Below are positions 60,501 to 62,159 of a stretch of DNA of 62,159 bases, piece by piece (position 1 is the first letter of the stretch; each line of letters opens with the position of its first letter). The DNA lies in the NCBI GenBank assembly GCA_003971905.1, contig RSEE01000124.1, positions 124,001 through 186,159 on the forward strand, written 5' to 3'. The stretch is from Moniliella sp. 'wahieum' (lineage: Eukaryota). The position numbers and the translations under genes were made by a program. The notes beneath the pieces were generated by a model that had not been told where the DNA came from, searched no databases, and saw only the letters and a list, made by a program, of their open reading frames with translations.

Positions 60501-62159
60501 GGGCTCGAACGAGGTAGTGGCGTTGCTCAGGCGTGAGATGCTTGGGGTTGGAACTAGGTTTGGCCGCAGGAGGAGGTCCAGAGGGGAGGACAGGTGACGA
60601 AGCCTTGTCCAATGGATTGACATGCGGTGCAGGGGGCGGGATGGGGTCTCGTGTCGTCCTAGGATCCGGAGAGAGAGGAGGAACACCTCCATACACCGAG
60701 CCTAGAGCCGATTGAATGCTTCGTCCCTGTGCATTGGTCGCCGTAAGCTTCGCTAGTGCATCTTGCGTCAGAGGCGTCTTAGGTTTGGGCAGTGTCTTCT
60801 GCAAAAGAAGTGTCAGTATGCTACTGTTAATTGCCCCGTGCAACCCACCCATTCAAAGCCAAAAAGAAAGAAAAGGACACACCTCAATCTCACGCTCATC
60901 CTCTAGCTCCTCCATCCTAGACGATTGTCCCTGCGATCCCGAGAAAGCTCGCGAGGAAGGCTCAGCCCTTGGGTCGCGCTTGATCCCCCCCGGCATCAGC
61001 GAGTTGGAAGTCAAGCTCGGGGAGAGAGTGGGTTACCGTACTTGTCGTACAGCGGCACCTCTTTCTTCGCCAAGGGAAACCCACGGGGTTTGCAGCCTGC
61101 TGAGCGGCTTTAGCTTGGCGTTGCTGTAAGATGGTCGTGACGGACGCCGACGAAGCTGGGGGGAGCGGTCGTGCGGCCGTGCGAGGGGTCGGATTGGAAT
61201 TGGCATTAGGATTGGAATTCAGATTCGCATTCGTATTGGCGGCGAACTTGCGCGGAGCATTGCGAGGCGTGCCTACCCCGTTGGACTCCCTTGGACGAGA
61301 AACTTGGTCGTCGTAGCGGGATCGAGCGTACTCGTCCTCTGCCCCCCACTCGGTCTCCACTTCCTCATCGGCATACATGGGCCCCGGTTCCTCGTACATC
61401 CCAGCTGCAGTTCGAGCACGGGGCGGCTCATACTCGGCATCGTCAATATACTCCTCCTCTTCGTACTGCTGCATGGGGTAATCCTCCATTGTCCTTGAGC
61501 GAAGCGGAAGAGCGGTCGACCGGGACGGGCGTTCTGAGTCGGCCGAGTCTGAGCAGCCTGCGAAACCTGCGAAGCGGGCGGGTACCGCGGGTCAATGTAC
61601 GGCGCTTCCTCCTCGTCATCAAAGTCCTCCACTGTCGACCGCTCCTGGTCGTCCGAACGAACGTCGGCTTCCCATTCGCGCGCGCGAGCTGCGGCCTGCG
61701 CAGCAAGCGACGCGACCTCTCTTTGTTTTCGGGTGGGGGCGGGAGAGGCGCGGGGGCAACAGGGAAGTGGAAGTAGTAAAGTCGCGAAACGCGTCCGGGA
61801 TGCGCGGCGAGGGAGGTATGGCAGCTCCTTCACGGGTAAAGCGCGCGTTGACCATCGATGCGGTTGGAGCCAGACGACCATTCAGCCGTTGGGCCCATTG
61901 GCCGAGATGACAGAGCGAGCATCGTGGTCATAACCATTGAACGTGCGAGGTACATCCAAGCTGCGTTTGGGCATACGCGGTACATCCATACTGTACTTGG
62001 GCATACGCGGCACGTCCATACTGCGCTTAGGCATGCGAGGCAGATCCATGCTGAGTTTAGGTGGGGGCCGATTCATGTCGATGCTTTTCTTAGGCAGGGG
62101 ACGTTGGACGTCGATACTGCGCTTGGGCACGCGCGTCATGTCCATCGATTGCTTGGGCA
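57515..62159 (-). CDS. PXB + DUF3818 domain protein (Ypr097w/Lec1-like); 5' end beyond window, 3' end approximate
   Basis: PXB-like HLTPEQRHYLVRALVSLQL..LRHLF..LPGL..FWQSRVQ. DUF3818-like EVATFLY..IHTLFPW..LRYSNP..LLAKPAGSKSLLQRI, LAHADL..DDLQAFLDDL, LCKRHEDALYGLVH. Whether the acidic and repetitive 60900-62159 part belongs to the same gene is inferred. Confidence 0.78.
61940..62159 (-). repeat. Coding 30-33 bp tandem repeat encoding PK(R/K/L/Y/Q)S(M/I/L)D units
   Basis: PKQSMDMTRV PKRSIDVQRPL PKKSIDMNRPP PKLSMDLPRM PKRSMDVPRM PKYSMDVPRM PKRSLDVPRT. Confidence 0.88.

Noticed and set aside
1..62159. Mass pseudogenisation or programmed frameshifting across many genes
   Set aside because: Essential genes (PRE10, ROK1) are hit as often as others, breaks are mostly 1-bp indels, and motifs are otherwise intact. 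This fits assembly error.

Overview
GC-rich fungal genomic DNA. It is probably a basidiomycete of the Ustilaginomycotina; this is inferred from protein style and short GT(A/G)(A/C)GT...CTRAC...YAG introns. Single-base frameshifts run through almost every long gene, including essential ones, which points to uncorrected assembly indels, so many gene ends are approximate. From left to right the window holds: an intronless DEAD-box helicase of bacterial RhlE type (candidate horizontal transfer); a complete, young Ty1/copia LTR retrotransposon (2551-7556, 160-bp LTRs, ATCCG target-site duplication); a secreted-protein gene; RPL14; molybdenum cofactor sulfurase; a beta-MPP/Core1-like gene lacking its zinc ligands; PMP3; an RSC1/2-like gene; RCY1; a gene-poor, microsatellite-rich stretch with an internally deleted Hsp70 relic; an OPT transporter; a CRE-clade non-LTR retrotransposon 3' fragment; PRE10; MYO1; ICE2; ROK1; a dynein light chain with a long Pro-rich extension; DEG1/PUS3; a tail-anchored hypothetical protein; and a PXB/DUF3818 gene apparently lacking its PX domain. 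The best leads are the RhlE-like gene, the copia gag/pol stop-codon junction with its non-canonical PBS and Gcn4/E-box LTR module, the dead MPP paralog, and recurrent intergenic 7-bp repeats built from 6-bp palindromes. I found no multi-gene novel system that the sequence alone can support.
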